DNA of 63,075 nt, the filler included, from Octopus bimaculoides (lineage: Eukaryota): assembly GCF_001194135.2 (NCBI RefSeq). It is 5 parts of 5 records of this genome, joined end to end, with 100 filler letters (N's around TTAATTAATTAA, not from the genome) between each part and the next. Parts side by side here need not be neighbours in the genome. Positions count along the whole stretch, not along the records: positions 1 to 15,505 come from NC_068981.1; 4 more parts are not named here. One strand, written 5' to 3'. Shown in pieces: positions 1 to 12,024 of the stretch. The translations under genes were made by a program, and so were the position numbers. Position 1 is the stretch's first letter; each line of letters begins with the position of its first letter. Under the pieces are notes generated by a model, which was not told where the DNA came from, searched no databases, and worked only from the letters and a program-made list of their open reading frames with translations.

Positions 1-43
<43 letters not shown>

Positions 44-1749
44 CTTTTTCTTTTTCTCTCTCTCCATGGACATATCTCATTTTACCAGAGCTTTCTAGTT
101 TATATATTCACATATATTTACACGAAACAATTTTTCTTTTATGTAAGTCAAAATTACGTACAATCTTCATATACAATTGGAGTTTGGATTAATTTGTGTA
201 TCTGGAATAGATTTTCTCCCGGTTCTGAAAATGAACACTTGCATATTTCGTCAAAGAAATGAATTGGTTTAAAGTTATGTATATTGCATATTAGTTAAAA
301 GTGTGTACAGAAGAAAAGCAACATAGAAAGTAAAAAAACAGAAAACAAAAAGCAAAAATGTTGCCTTAGGTATAGAAATATATGGTACATATCACTTAAG
401 AATAAAGCGAAACTTGTATTGCTACAGGCAAAACATTTGATCAATAAATATATAACATGCGGTTGTTTCTATTTTAATTAAAATCACACAAATATAATTC
501 CTTTCATATCATTCCACGTCAAAATGAAATATTGACTATGGAAAGGAAATAAAATACGAAGACGTAGTACAAAATAATATTGATAGAGATTTGCAATGTT
601 GATTTTTCAAAGAAATGTGTGGATGTGTATTTACTCCGTTATAAATCTGAAATGTATAATGTTTGCGCTGATATAAAGAAAAGAAAAACTGATATACGAG
701 AATGAATGAGCGAATCAGCGCAATTTATTTTAATAGAAGAGGATTTATGCAGATGATGGCCATATAGTTGATATCCAATTGTAGTCGATAATTTACTTCT
801 AACATAAACACAGTGCCACGTATAAAGATGAAAGATGGAATTGGAATCAAATTCTTCCGTGGGTATTATTTTCAGTAGCAATCGACTAGCTTCTGGTATT
901 AGCGATGAAAGAGAGAGATTTTTGCGTCGAATTGTGTATGTTAGGAATAAGTTGGATTGATGGCTTAAAATTCGATGTGTTTTCGAATTCAGAAATCGAA
1001 CGATGATGTGCTATATTTATTCAGATGATTTTGCCTTATTTATTAAAAAAATATATTTCAATGATACATCATACAGTTGGTTCTCAAAGAAAAATTCAAT
1101 GGTTAATCTGTGATGTGCTACAGCTGAAATTACATTTGAAAAACACTAAGGAAACCAATAATTACAATGTTTATGAACATTGTTACATTTTACAAACAAA
1201 CTAGACTTCTAGTTCATTCGGGATCATGTTGTTAGTGGATTCTTCAGTATGATTATCCTTCACTGTTTTATGTAAATTACGTCGGTGATAACAATATAGT
1301 GGTCCAACAAAGTTTATTTAATCAAACTCTCACTTGTAATGAGGACAAAAATGAATTAAACACTAAACTAATTAATCATTAGCTTAATGATTCATTCCGT
1401 TTAAGAATGACAAGGGAGACGACTCAGAAATTTAAATTATTAAAATTAATTAAAAAACAATGTATGTGTGTATATACGGAGAAGGGGTAGGGTATGATCA
1501 TTGACAAGGAATGTGGCAGTTCGGGGTATGTTTGATCTTATTAAACTCTCAGCATAGTCAGTACATTTGTTAGTTCAATTTCTATTTCCAACTAACATAA
1601 TTTGGCATCATTTACGCTGTTAATGCTCAAAATAAAAAGAAATGACTGTCTCCGTATCACTTTTCTTCAGTCTCCTAAAATATGAGACCTGTGCGGCTAA
1701 GATAAGACTGGATCATAAAAGTAAAAATAACTAAATAAGGATAACAATA

Positions 1750-1885
1750 TTGGTTTCAAATTTAGGCACAAGGCCAGCAAATTCAGGTCAAAGGTTAAGT
1801 CGATTATACAGACTTCAATGCTCCAGTGCTACTTATTCTATCGACCTTAAAAGGATGAAAGCAAAGTCGAACCCGGCGGAATATA
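1750..1885 (-). mobile_element. SINE family B fragment
   Basis: tttcaaatttaggcacaaggccagc...aaggatgaaagcaaagtcga matches other family B copies in the window. Confidence 0.6.
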
Positions 1886-1924
1886 TATGATCTTCCTTGC
1901 AATTTTCGTTTACCAGATCCATTG

Positions 1925-2025
1925 ATCGACCAAGGTTATAGGAAAAGGTGCTGCGCGATGTGATTGAACCCGAAACTACGTTGTTTCTATGCAAAATTCT
2001 CAACCGCACAGCCATGCCTACGCCT
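1925..2025 (-). mobile_element. Degenerate SINE family A 5' fragment
   Basis: aaggtgctgcgcgatgtgattgaacccg...accgcacagccatgcctacgcc resembles the reverse complement of the family A head. Confidence 0.45.
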
Positions 2026-2525
2026 CAACTTCCACTGAGTTCATCTAGTGCTAAATGCCTCCGACATTTTGAAAGCATTCACCTCCTACGTAAACTGATG
2101 ATTGATAGACGAACTCTATGATATCTGAAAGTGCGATTCTGTTTGAATTTGAAATTGATGTTATTACGTCGTATGTACTTTGGAACGAAAGAAGGAGAGA
2201 ATGATGTCATACAGCGCAAACAGGGCTGCNNNNNNNNNNNNNNNNNNNNNNNNNNNNNNNNNNNNNNNNNNNNNNNNNNNNNNNNNNNNNNNNNAAAAAA
2301 AAAAAAAAAAAGAAAAAGGAGAGAAACATGCTGTAATTTATAATCAAAACGTAATTTTGAACAGTGAATATTATTTTCGTGATCGATATTAACGTCATGA
2401 CGGTGGGTTGTAATGTCGGGTAACAGTTCATAATAAGCGTAGTGACGGCATGTGAGAATATGGGGAATAAATGTGATATGAGATGGGTACTGTGAAGTAA
2501 TTGACTTTACTTTTATGTATTAGTG

Positions 2526-2846
2526 AAGGCACGTGATTTAGTGGTTAGAGTATTCGGCTCACGATTGTAACGTCGTAAGTTCGATTCTCAGCGGTGTGTT
2601 GTGTCCTGGAGCAAGACTCTTTATTTCACGTTGCTCCAGTCTACTTAGCTGGAAAAAATAAGCAATACCTGTATTTCAAAGGGCCGACCATGTCACATTC
2701 TCTGTCACGTTGAATCTTTCTGAGAACTACGTTAAGAGTACGCGTGTTTGTAGAGTGCTCAGCCATTTGCTCGTTAATTTCACGAGCAAGCTGTTGTGTT
2801 GATCGGATCAACCGGAACCCCTCGTCGTCGTAACCGGCGGAGTGCC
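2526..2846 (+). mobile_element. tRNA-headed SINE family C, near full length
   Basis: A-box-like tgatttagtgg and B-box-like agttcgattc, body tgtgtcctggagcaagac, tail gatcggatcaaccggaaccc...ggagtgcc; further copies at 3437, 8292, 26063. Confidence 0.85.
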
Positions 2847-2910
2847 GTTATATATTAGTCAGGAGAGAAGACAGACGCCATGTCCTGTTGTAGTAGTAGT
2901 CCTTAATTGA

Positions 2911-3152
2911 AGTCCATATGACCCTTGGGGATCCAAGTAAGATTTTGCTGTTAAAAATCTATGTACAATAACTTGGTTATACTTCTACAATACATAAAAT
3001 ATTTTAATAATTTTTTCGTACAATTCCTCATAGTATTTAATTATAAAAATTATGATACGATTTTAAAAAGCATAGAATGGCTATGGGGGTCCAGTAGAGT
3101 AAAATAGGAAACGAAGGGGTTCATAGAGGTAAAAAATGGTTGATAACCGCTG
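2911..3152. mobile_element. hAT-type MITE fragment (one terminus)
   Basis: Ends in ggttgataaccgctg, a hAT/Charlie-like TIR similar to that of the 47469-48126 element; GGGGTCC-type subterminal motifs; other TIR not found. Confidence 0.5.
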
Positions 3153-3436
3153 TGTTACAGCCTCCCCCCACCCGATACTGGTGGGAGGGAGGAAGACAGA
3201 GAAGAAGAGATTCTGAAACCGAGCGTTTGCAATAGTACAGACGTCACTAAAAGTACCTAAAGTGCTAGGTGTTGGTGATAAACCGGGTGACGAGTTAAAT
3301 CTATCACCTAAGTAGGCCTTGGTGGTATTTGAACTCAAAATGTAAAGAGCCAAACCAAATACTGCAAAGAATCCGGTTCGACGTTCTTACTATTCCGAGA
3401 TTCTACTACCTTAGTTTGGTATTCCTGCTCTGCTCT

Positions 3437-3693
3437 GGCACTTCGTTGGTTACGATGACGAAGCCTGCTGGTGAAATTGACCTGTAGACATGCGTACTTC
3501 TATCGTAGTTCTCAAGAGGATTCAGCGCGACAGAATGTGATAAGGCTGGCCCTTTGAAATACAAGTGCTACTCACTTTTGCCAGTTGAGTTGACTGGAGC
3601 AACGCGAAATAGAGTGTCTTGCTCAAGGATACAACGTGCCCCCTAGAATCGAACTCATGACTTTACGCTCGTGAGCCGAGTACCCTAGCCACT
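3437..3693 (-). mobile_element. SINE family C
   Basis: Reverse-complement similarity to 2526-2846. Confidence 0.8.
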
Positions 3694-3803
3694 ATTTTTT
3701 ATCGATGCCGAAAGAAAGAGAGGCAAAGATGACTTCGGCGGAATTTAAACTCAGAATGTAGAAAATCCGGACAAATAACGTAAGACATTTTGTCCGACGC
3801 TCT
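3694..3803 (-). mobile_element. SINE family B fragment
   Basis: ggcaaagatgacttcggcggaatttaaactcagaatgta matches family B. Confidence 0.6.
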
Positions 3804-4600
3804 GTATGTGAAAGCATATTTGGTCATGCTGTGGAACACTTTTGCAGGTAAAACTTCAAATGGTATCTAAGCATAATTGGGTTGTCAATGAGTTTATTTC
3901 TCAATGAGTGGTCTCTTTGATCTTCTGTTGTAGTCTCGAAATAACTGACGCTTTACGAACGAAATTTGATAGACGGAAACTATGTGGAAGCCCATCAGAG
4001 GGTTCCTTCCAATTCTTAGGAGACAAATTTAATCTATTGCCAGTACGTTGGTGTCTATGGCAGAGTTCATTCTGTTGCATGCATTCCGATCAGGTGTCTG
4101 GGTTCGGGATAACTTTTCTCCCGCCTTCAGAATAGTCTGGAGCTCATAGAAAACGCCATTGATACTGCCCTGTTCTTTATGATTAATTAGACTATAAAGA
4201 ATAAAGATGGATGATAAATGTAATGTGATACCATCCACTAGAATCAGTACCTTCGGTCAATCATTCACTAACTCCATAAAACGTTTTCTAGGTTAGATTT
4301 CTTTCAACTTTTCTTAGATCTCTCTCAACATGTTACAAAGTCGTTATTTCTATTTCATATAGCTCACTTGTATTTCCTTTTTATATCAACACACACACAC
4401 ACACACACGCACACACACACGCACACTCGCGCGCGCGCATACACATATGTATTGGAGTGGATTGCTAATGTTCAGTCCACTGCAGGACGAATGACTCAGC
4501 ATATTCTTTCCTCCAGAGAATAGCTGAAGATTATATTGGTTTGAAGATCATACCGATTTGTGCCAGCGTGTAGTGAACTGACATAATATAATAGAGACAG

Positions 4601-4814
4601 AAGGCTTCGAGCTGGCAGAATCATCAGCACGTAGGAAGAAATGTTTAGCAGTATTTCGTCCGTCTTTACGTTCTGAGATCAAATTCTGCAGAGGGCGACA
4701 TTGCCTTTCATCCTTTCGAGGTCCATGAAATAAGTACCTACTGAGTACTGGGGTTGATGTAATCGACATACCCCATCACTCCAAATTACTGGTCTTGTGC
4801 AAAAATTTGAAACC
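4601..4814 (+). mobile_element. SINE family B, full length
   Basis: Head aaggcttcgagctggcagaatc, core ctttcatcctttcgaggtc...taagtacc...ctggggttgatgtaatcgac. Confidence 0.8.
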
Positions 4815-4834
4815 AATATATACTAGCGCTGCTT

Positions 4835-4975
4835 AAGGTGGCGGGCCGGAAGAATCATTATCACCGCCGGGCGAAATACTTAGCGATATTTCGTCTGTCC
4901 TTACGGTCAGAGATCAAATTCTGCCGAGGTCAACTTTGCCTTCCTTCCTTTCGGATTCGATAAAAATCTGAAATC
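4835..4975 (+). mobile_element. SINE family B, 3' truncated
   Basis: Head aaggtggcggg...ccgggcgaaatacttagcg, core ctttgccttccttcctttcgg. Confidence 0.75.
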
Positions 4976-5851
4976 GTTATAATAGAGCCGGAATCTCCGT
5001 AGGGCTATGACGACAGGGGAAGTGACACATCATCAACATTTATTATTACTGTATTGACCTCTTTTGGAGCAAAATAAATAAACTGATCTGGGATGGGAAA
5101 TGAAAAGCAATTAATTTTATACGTGAAAACATGTTTAGTCTTGCTGTATTTATAAATACCTTGGAATTACTGCCGACAAAACAAACACACACACGTGTAT
5201 ACTTCCTACCATTCACTCATGCATATGCATACACATAATCCTCTAAAAGCAGCCCATATTAAATGAGACGGGAGAAAAAGGGTTCCTGCCAGTGAACTTA
5301 ACCCATTGTCATTCAGATTATTCTGTCAAATGTAACATTTATTTATTCAGATTGCTTTGAATTAATCATGCATTATTTCATAACTTGAAGATTTCAATGA
5401 CGTGAGTATTCATATTTTGAATGAAATTATAAGGTAGGCGTGAAAGGCCAGATCTGGCCTGTTTGAACATAAAACATGTAGGAAATTTGGGCCAGATATG
5501 GCCGGTTTAAATGCTAAAGGGAATAGATGGATCTCCATCGGTTTCGACGATCAATTGAATTATTTGCTCATTGAATCAGCATGTTATTGTCTGAGTTTTC
5601 CAAAGTCACATGTATCCTTAACATAATTCTCATGCGAATTCAACGTGACAGAGCGCGGTAAAACGGGGGCCTTTAAATTACAGATACAATCAATTCGGCA
5701 GGCTTCTACACAGCTTCTGTCCACTCAATTTCCCTCACAATGTCCAAGGTGCAACCGATAAAGTCCGAACCCGGGACGTCGGAATAGTGAAGCAAAGTCT
5801 ACGTAGCCGTAAAGTATTTATAGTTTATCTACTACCATTCTTGGTGGACAT

Positions 5852-6220
5852 CTTTTACCTTTTACTTGTTTCAGACATTGAACTACGGCCACGCAGGGGC
5901 ATCGACCTTGAAGGGCTTAGTCGAGCAACTCGACTACAATAATGTTTATTTTTAAGTCTGGTATTTATTCTATCATCCACTTTTTGTCGAACCGCTGGGT
6001 TACAGTGATGTAAACAAACCAACATCGGTGGTAAAGTGATGAGTGGGCGACAAACACAAACAAAAGACACAAACAGACAGACAGACAGACACACACATAT
6101 GACGGGTTTTCACACAGTTTATGTATACCAAATTCACTTGCAAGGCATAGTAGAAGTGGGGTAAAACCGGTATCATGTTGGTGGGAAGCAAACTTCTTAA
6201 CCATACAGCCATGCCTGCGT
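5852..6220 (-). mobile_element. SINE family A (diverged copy)
   Basis: Colinear with 6249-6644 but with many substitutions; internal (AC)/(AGAC) tract. Confidence 0.75.
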
Positions 6221-6248
6221 ATGTTTAAAATCCAAGAAAAGTTTACCA

Positions 6249-6644
6249 CTCTTTTACTTGTTTCAGTCATTTGACTGCGGCCATGCTGGAGCACCGCCTT
6301 TAGTCAAGCAAATCAACCCCAGGACTTATTCTTTGTAAGCCTAGTACTTATTGTATCGGTCTCTTTTGCCGAACCGCTAAGTGACGAGGACATAAACACA
6401 CCAGCATCGGTTGTCAAGCAATGCTAGGGATACAAACACAGACACACAAACACACAAACATATATATATATATATACATATGTACGACGAGCTTCTTTCA
6501 GTTTCCGTCTACCAAATCTACTCACAAGGCTTTGGTCAGCCCGAGGCTATAGTAGAAGACACTTGCCCAAGATGCCACGCAGTGGGACTGAACTCGGAAC
6601 CATGTGGTTGGTAAGCAAGCTACTTACCACACAGCCACTCCTGC
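6249..6644 (-). mobile_element. tRNA-headed SINE family A, full length
   Basis: Nearly identical to copies at 42952-43351 and 58643-59061; head (reverse complement) gcaggagtggctgtgtggtaagtagc...gagttcagtccc; internal (AC)/(AT) microsatellite. Confidence 0.92.
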
Positions 6645-6696
6645 ATGATTTGATAAAATAAAGNNNNNNNNNNTTTACAAACCCTACAATGTACAC

Positions 6697-6837
6697 GTTC
6701 TTTGATTCTCATGTTCTTTGATTCCCATGTTCTTTGATTCCCATGTTCCTTGATTCTCATGTTCTTTGACTTCCATGTTTTTTTTATTCTCATGTTCTTT
6801 GATTTCCGTGTTTTTTTGATTCTCATGTTCTTTGATT
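6697..6837. repeat. 16-bp minisatellite (gttctttgattcycat), about 9 units
   Basis: Tandem units read directly. Confidence 0.9.
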
Positions 6838-6951
6838 ATGGTTTAATTTCCTTATATGTTCCTGGATGTCGCGTATGCATAGTTGTCATCTGAGAGATTA
6901 TGGATGGAAAGTCAGAAATTCATCTGTCGAGAAGGAACAATCACCACAATA

Positions 6952-7061
<110 letters not shown>

Positions 7062-8291
7062 TATTTAACATAGGAGCCGCCGAAAACAGTTTTCTTCATG
7101 TAGTGCATGGAAGGAAAGACGTGTTGATTTCTTATTTTCCATGAGAAAAGCCTGAGAGGAACACATTACAGGAACTGAAGAAACACTCATCGAGTATACA
7201 GTGTCTCCGCTGCTTGCTGTAATGATCTGTACCTATATAATTCTTATCAATTTATGGTGTTGTTAACTCGATCATTTGCTAAGTCGAGTGTTCACTTGCA
7301 AGTTACGGTTTATTATTGAGGTGGGGCGATCACTTGAATAAGATTTTGCTAAAAAAATTCACGGAAGTTATTAAAGCATGGCGAAGACATATCTCTAACT
7401 ATGGAGAGCAATGTGAAAAATGTACACTTCCTATGTATTATTTACTCGCTGCAAAGGATCTGTGACGTATATTTTGTTTGTTATATGATATCTGTATAAA
7501 TCACACACACACACACACGCGCACACACACAGATATATGTGTATGTGTGTATCATGTAATGTATACATATATACATGCATACATACATCACACACACACA
7601 CATATGAATGAGATATGTTTCTGTTATGAATAATAATAATTCTGTTCTAGGATTCAAACAAAAATATGAATAAAGAGAGCAACAGAAACCGCCTATTCAT
7701 CAAACCACACCTTAGAAGTTTTGGGCACAGCGACTGTTCTACGTAGAATAGTACTTTTGTACAAACGAAATTGATTCGACAACTGTGTGTCATAATTGTC
7801 CGACTAATAATACTTCACGGATCAAAGAGATAGTTGAAAAAGTATTGTGATTAACTAGGAAAGAAAAAAAAATATATGTTGACTTTGGCGAAATATTGAC
7901 AATAAGTACAACACACAAATAATTGCAGAGGAAAATTAGGTGTGACAGTTTCAATAGTTAAGGAACTGGTGCAATATATGAAAGTGACTGTTGATTTAAA
8001 TATAGGAAATTTACACTTGAAAAGCCAGACAAAAATGAATTATTCAGTGACTGTTAAGAAAAACGATAAAAAATTGTTTCAAAAGAATCTTACAAAGAAA
8101 TGAGGTGTGCTTTGCAAATAAGAAAGAGAACAAGTCTGCTTTAATAAACCAAAGTTACTATTTTGTTCCGTTTCTAAATGCATGTGGGCTGTAAAGAAGT
8201 GTTTCTCGAGCAGAAAATAAACAGCTGAAATGCTAGTAATCTTTATTTTGTCACTAATACAGAGTCGCCGATCATGACCAAATCCCAAGTG

Positions 8292-8530
8292 AAGGCACGT
8301 GGCTTAGTGGTTAAGGTATTTGGCTCACGATCGTAGGGTTGAAAGTTCGATCCCCGGCGGAGCGTTGTGTCCTTTCACGTAGCTCCAGTTCACTCAGCTA
8401 GCAAAAAGGAGTTGTACTTGAAATTCAAAGGGCCAGCCTTATTACATTCTGTATCATGCTGAATCTCCCTGAGAGCTACGTTATGAGTACACTTGCACGT
8501 TAATTTCCCCAGCAGGCTGTTCCGTTGATC
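8292..8530 (+). mobile_element. SINE family C (internally deleted)
   Basis: aaggcacgtggcttagtggttaagg head; caaagggccagcctt...ttaatttc...caggctgttccgttgatc tail. Confidence 0.8.
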
Positions 8531-8597
8531 ATACAATAAAACGAAACATGTTTTCACATATAAAATTAATCGCTTTTTATTTCCGATCCCAGGGCTC

Positions 8598-8740
8598 ACC
8601 AGCTACTTATTTTATCGATCCCGAAAGGATCAAAGCAAAATTATCCTAGGCAGAATTTGAACCCAGAAAGTAAAGGGTCGGTAGAAATGCCGCTAAGTAT
8701 TTTGCCCGACGTGCTAACAACTCCGTTGGCTCGCTGCCTT
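8598..8740 (-). mobile_element. SINE family B
   Basis: tttatcgatcccgaaaggat...cccgacgtgctaac...tcgctgcctt. Confidence 0.75.
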
Positions 8741-9664
8741 GCAATGTTGTAATATTGAAGACTATTTCGTTTGGTTATTATTTCATTACATCGCTATGTA
8801 CAGACTGTCATATTGGGATAAACAAGCTTCATGATATGACAGTGACATACGTTTCTTCAGACACAAGGATAGAAAATACTTCATCTTTCTTATTCTTGCG
8901 TTTTATTTCAGTAATGAAAGTTGTTCAATCTAATTCACACTCAGTTGTTATTACCCCCAGATCATCCCTGATCAAGCATGCTTATGATCAAGGTTGTTCC
9001 AGTCGTGACCATACAGTCTGTTTTTTTTTTCCAAACAGACATAGTATTGGCAGATATAAGTAACTTTAGCGGAGTCCGCCGTGTAGCAAATATTCTTGTC
9101 GTGTCTCCGGTCTGAGGAAAACTTATTCCCTTCCGAACAACCAGTCTTGGAAGACCTGAAAAGTGTCACTGGAGTCCTTCTTCCATTGACTCATCGTTAA
9201 AATGTGATTTGAGTTTTGAAGGGTACTTGGCTGCTATTTCTAGCAGACCAAGTCGCCACTTGACCCAGCTGTGTTTTGTATGGAATCTATACTAAATGCT
9301 GTCTTTGTGCAGTGGAAAGCCGAAAGAATGGTGAAAACAATAGGTGCCCGACTTCCTTAATGCATTTTAGCTATGCTCCTTACGATCTGGGTTCAAATAT
9401 CACCGAAGTTGAATTTGCATTTTATACCTTCAGGATCTAATAAAATAACGCCCAGTCAAATAATTACTAAAGGTCTGTTCAAGGTTTGTAGACATAGCTT
9501 GATGCGTTGGCAGTAGAGAAATTTGGGAGTAATACAAAGGTTCCCTACAAATTCATAGTCACGGTGAATTCCTCGTAGAACATAACATCATACTAAATAG
9601 ATCACCTGTAATTTCATTCCCTCTAGTTTCACTGCGAGCCAATACTGCGTTGGTAAATTCATCG

Positions 9665-9871
9665 TCATGCATATACATTTAGGATAAACACTTGTGCGCT
9701 GAGGGCGCTGCTGTGCTCCATCTCTGAATGCAGGAGTCGATGTCTCATCAAGCGGTGAATCAGCTCTGTAGGTGTTTCAACTTCTTCCACATTTACACCA
9801 GAGCTGCCTAGAGCCGCCCAGGGCCGTCCATCGATGTAGGTGACAAAACTCACGCACAACAGCATGAACAT
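9665..9871 (-). CDS. Candidate short secreted-peptide ORF or exon (unverified)
   Basis: 68-aa ORF in non-repetitive, GC-richer sequence; the only open frame of six; hydrophobic N-terminus MFMLLCVSFVTYIDG resembles a signal peptide; no homology recognised. Confidence 0.3.
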   Translation of the reverse strand: MFMLLCVSFVTYIDGRPWAALGSSGVNVEEVETPTELIHRLMRHRLLHSEMEHSSALSAQVFILNVYA

Positions 9872-9887
9872 TATTGAGTCAGATGTT

Positions 9888-10100
9888 TTTTTCTACTCTA
9901 GGCACAAGGCCCGAAATCTTTGGGTACGGGGCCGGTAGATTAGATCGACTCCAGCACGAAACTGGTGCTTAATTTATCAACCCCGAAAGTATGAAAGGCA
10001 AAGTCGACCTCGGCGGAATTTGAACTCAGAACGTAAAGACAGACGAATTACTGCTAAGCATTTCGCCCGGTGTGCTAACGTTTCTGCCAGCTCGCTCCCT
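9888..10100 (-). mobile_element. SINE family B, full length, with 14-bp TSD
   Basis: Flanked by ttgagtcagatgtt at 9874-9887 and 10106-10119. Confidence 0.9.
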
Positions 10101-11193
10101 TCCTGTTGAGTCAGATGTTGCTACTCTGGGCCGGAGGTTTATATCATCACCAAATCTCGTTCTGGCTGCACCACTCACCCTCTCTCTTGAACCAGATAAA
10201 GTAGCTCGCTTTCTCATACGGCTTCCGACAATCTATTTCCAATATCTTTTGTTTCCTTCGCAGAGATCCCAATACTCCTGAGTATCGAACAAACGTTTGA
10301 CGATTTCATGAAAATGAAGAAAGGGGAATGATACCTTTATTATTCATTCTTTTCGTTTTTTAAAACTCACGGACGTTTTTCCTGATGCTGAAAAACCAAA
10401 TTTATGTATTTTATCTGGCAGTTTAAAAGTTTATAATGACTCTCCAATATCTTATAAGAGAACGAACTAAGAGAGAAAAATTTTTGATTGTGGTCATTTG
10501 TTTGTCAGAGAAATGAAAAATGTTGAGTGCGTTAGTTGGAAATGTGTCCAATGTTATAACATCGTTGCCTCACAAGAATTCACACGAAGAAAGATTGCAT
10601 TACCGAACAACTGAAAAAATATGAACATACAAGCAATATTACTCGTGTTGAAACTGCCAAACTATTAATTTAACAACTAAATAAACACTTGCAACTCAGG
10701 AAACACCTCGTTGCATCACGTGCTTACATCGGATTGTTAGATGCAGTAATAAGCTAACGCTTGCTCTCATAAGAAAGATGCATCTGAAATACTCAAAATT
10801 AAACATTAACCTAGAATTAACGTAGAATATCGCTGGAATAAAAGAACTGTGCATTCAAGTCAGCCTTTTCTTCTATTCGAGAGTGATAATAGGCCAGGTG
10901 AAATTATTTTATTTTAGATTTGAAGAAATTTTCAGCTGTTACCAAATGCGAAATTTTGATTTCACCTTTATTAATCCCGTATTAGACGGCACATGGCATT
11001 ATGAATGGTGGAGATATTTCCCGTGATGTAATGGCTAGAACTGCAGAAAGTTACAAGAAGCTTTTCTCATAAGGGAAATCCTTAAACTTACTACCTAACA
11101 TAATGAGCGATCACTCGTTAATGCATTCAAAACAGTTTTTGGTCAAATTCAACTGATAAAATGCTTTTTATATTTTTCTCAATACATATTTTA

Positions 11194-11367
11194 ATTTCAA
11201 AATTTGGCACAAGGCCAGCAATTTTAGTGGGAGGGCAAGCACTCGACTGGTATTGCTTTTATCGATGCTGGAAGGATGAAAGACAAAATAGATCTCGTCG
11301 AAATATGAACTCAGAGCGTAAAGAGCTTGAATAAGTGCCGCTACGCATTTTGTCTGACAAACTTACG
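11194..11367 (-). mobile_element. SINE family B (diverged)
   Basis: tttcaaaatttggcacaaggccagc...ggaaggatgaaagacaaa...gaactcagagcgtaaag. Confidence 0.7.
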
Positions 11368-12024
11368 TTGGTCAAAATGCTAAGCGTCTTTTTCTCAGAA
11401 GATATTTTGATCTATTAAAACAAATGATGTGTAACAGTTATATGAAAATGATGCAAAATGTGTGTTGAAGATGCGGATGATTGAAGTGATCCTAGTCTCA
11501 AATGCATTTCGTTCTTTCGAAAATTTATGCTACAATAATGGGTTTATCATAGAAGCTCTGTCAACATCTATGCTAATTGGATTTCCACTACGTCGCCTCT
11601 TATATCGACTTCCTTGCTTTGCTCATAAACTTTGGAATTGCCTTGATGGTGCCAAGTTAAACAATTCCTATGAAGACTACATTGATTACTTAGCAGATTG
11701 ATCGAAGTATTTTAACCTACGTACTGAAAATCTTTAGAGACCTAGTTAACAGAATAATTATAAAACGATTGTATATATTTAGTGCAGAAATTCTACATTG
11801 CGAAAAAAAAAAAAAAAAAAAAAANNNNNNNNNNAAATAAAATTAGCGCTTTGAGAATTTCACGTACTGCCAATAAATGTCAGAATCACGATTTATTGGA
11901 TTACTTAAGAGTTTTTTGCTCAGAAACAACAAAATATCTTCAATGAATTAGAACTCACAACTTTGAGATAAGAACTCTAATCAATCGAGAATATGGCTTC
12001 TAAGAAGAAGCACTAATATATATT

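Noticed and set aside
6697-6837. CRISPR-like appearance of short repeats (also 12174-12584, 54765-55073)
   Set aside because: No unique spacers of constant length, no cas genes, eukaryotic context
10243-10330. Strong plus-strand acceptor tcttttgtttccttcgcag followed by a short open frame
   Set aside because: All frames stop within about 70 nt and no donor or partner exon was identified
11462-11701. 79-aa ORF MLKMRMIEV...
   Set aside because: Non-ATG start, no recognisable domain and no convincing splice sites
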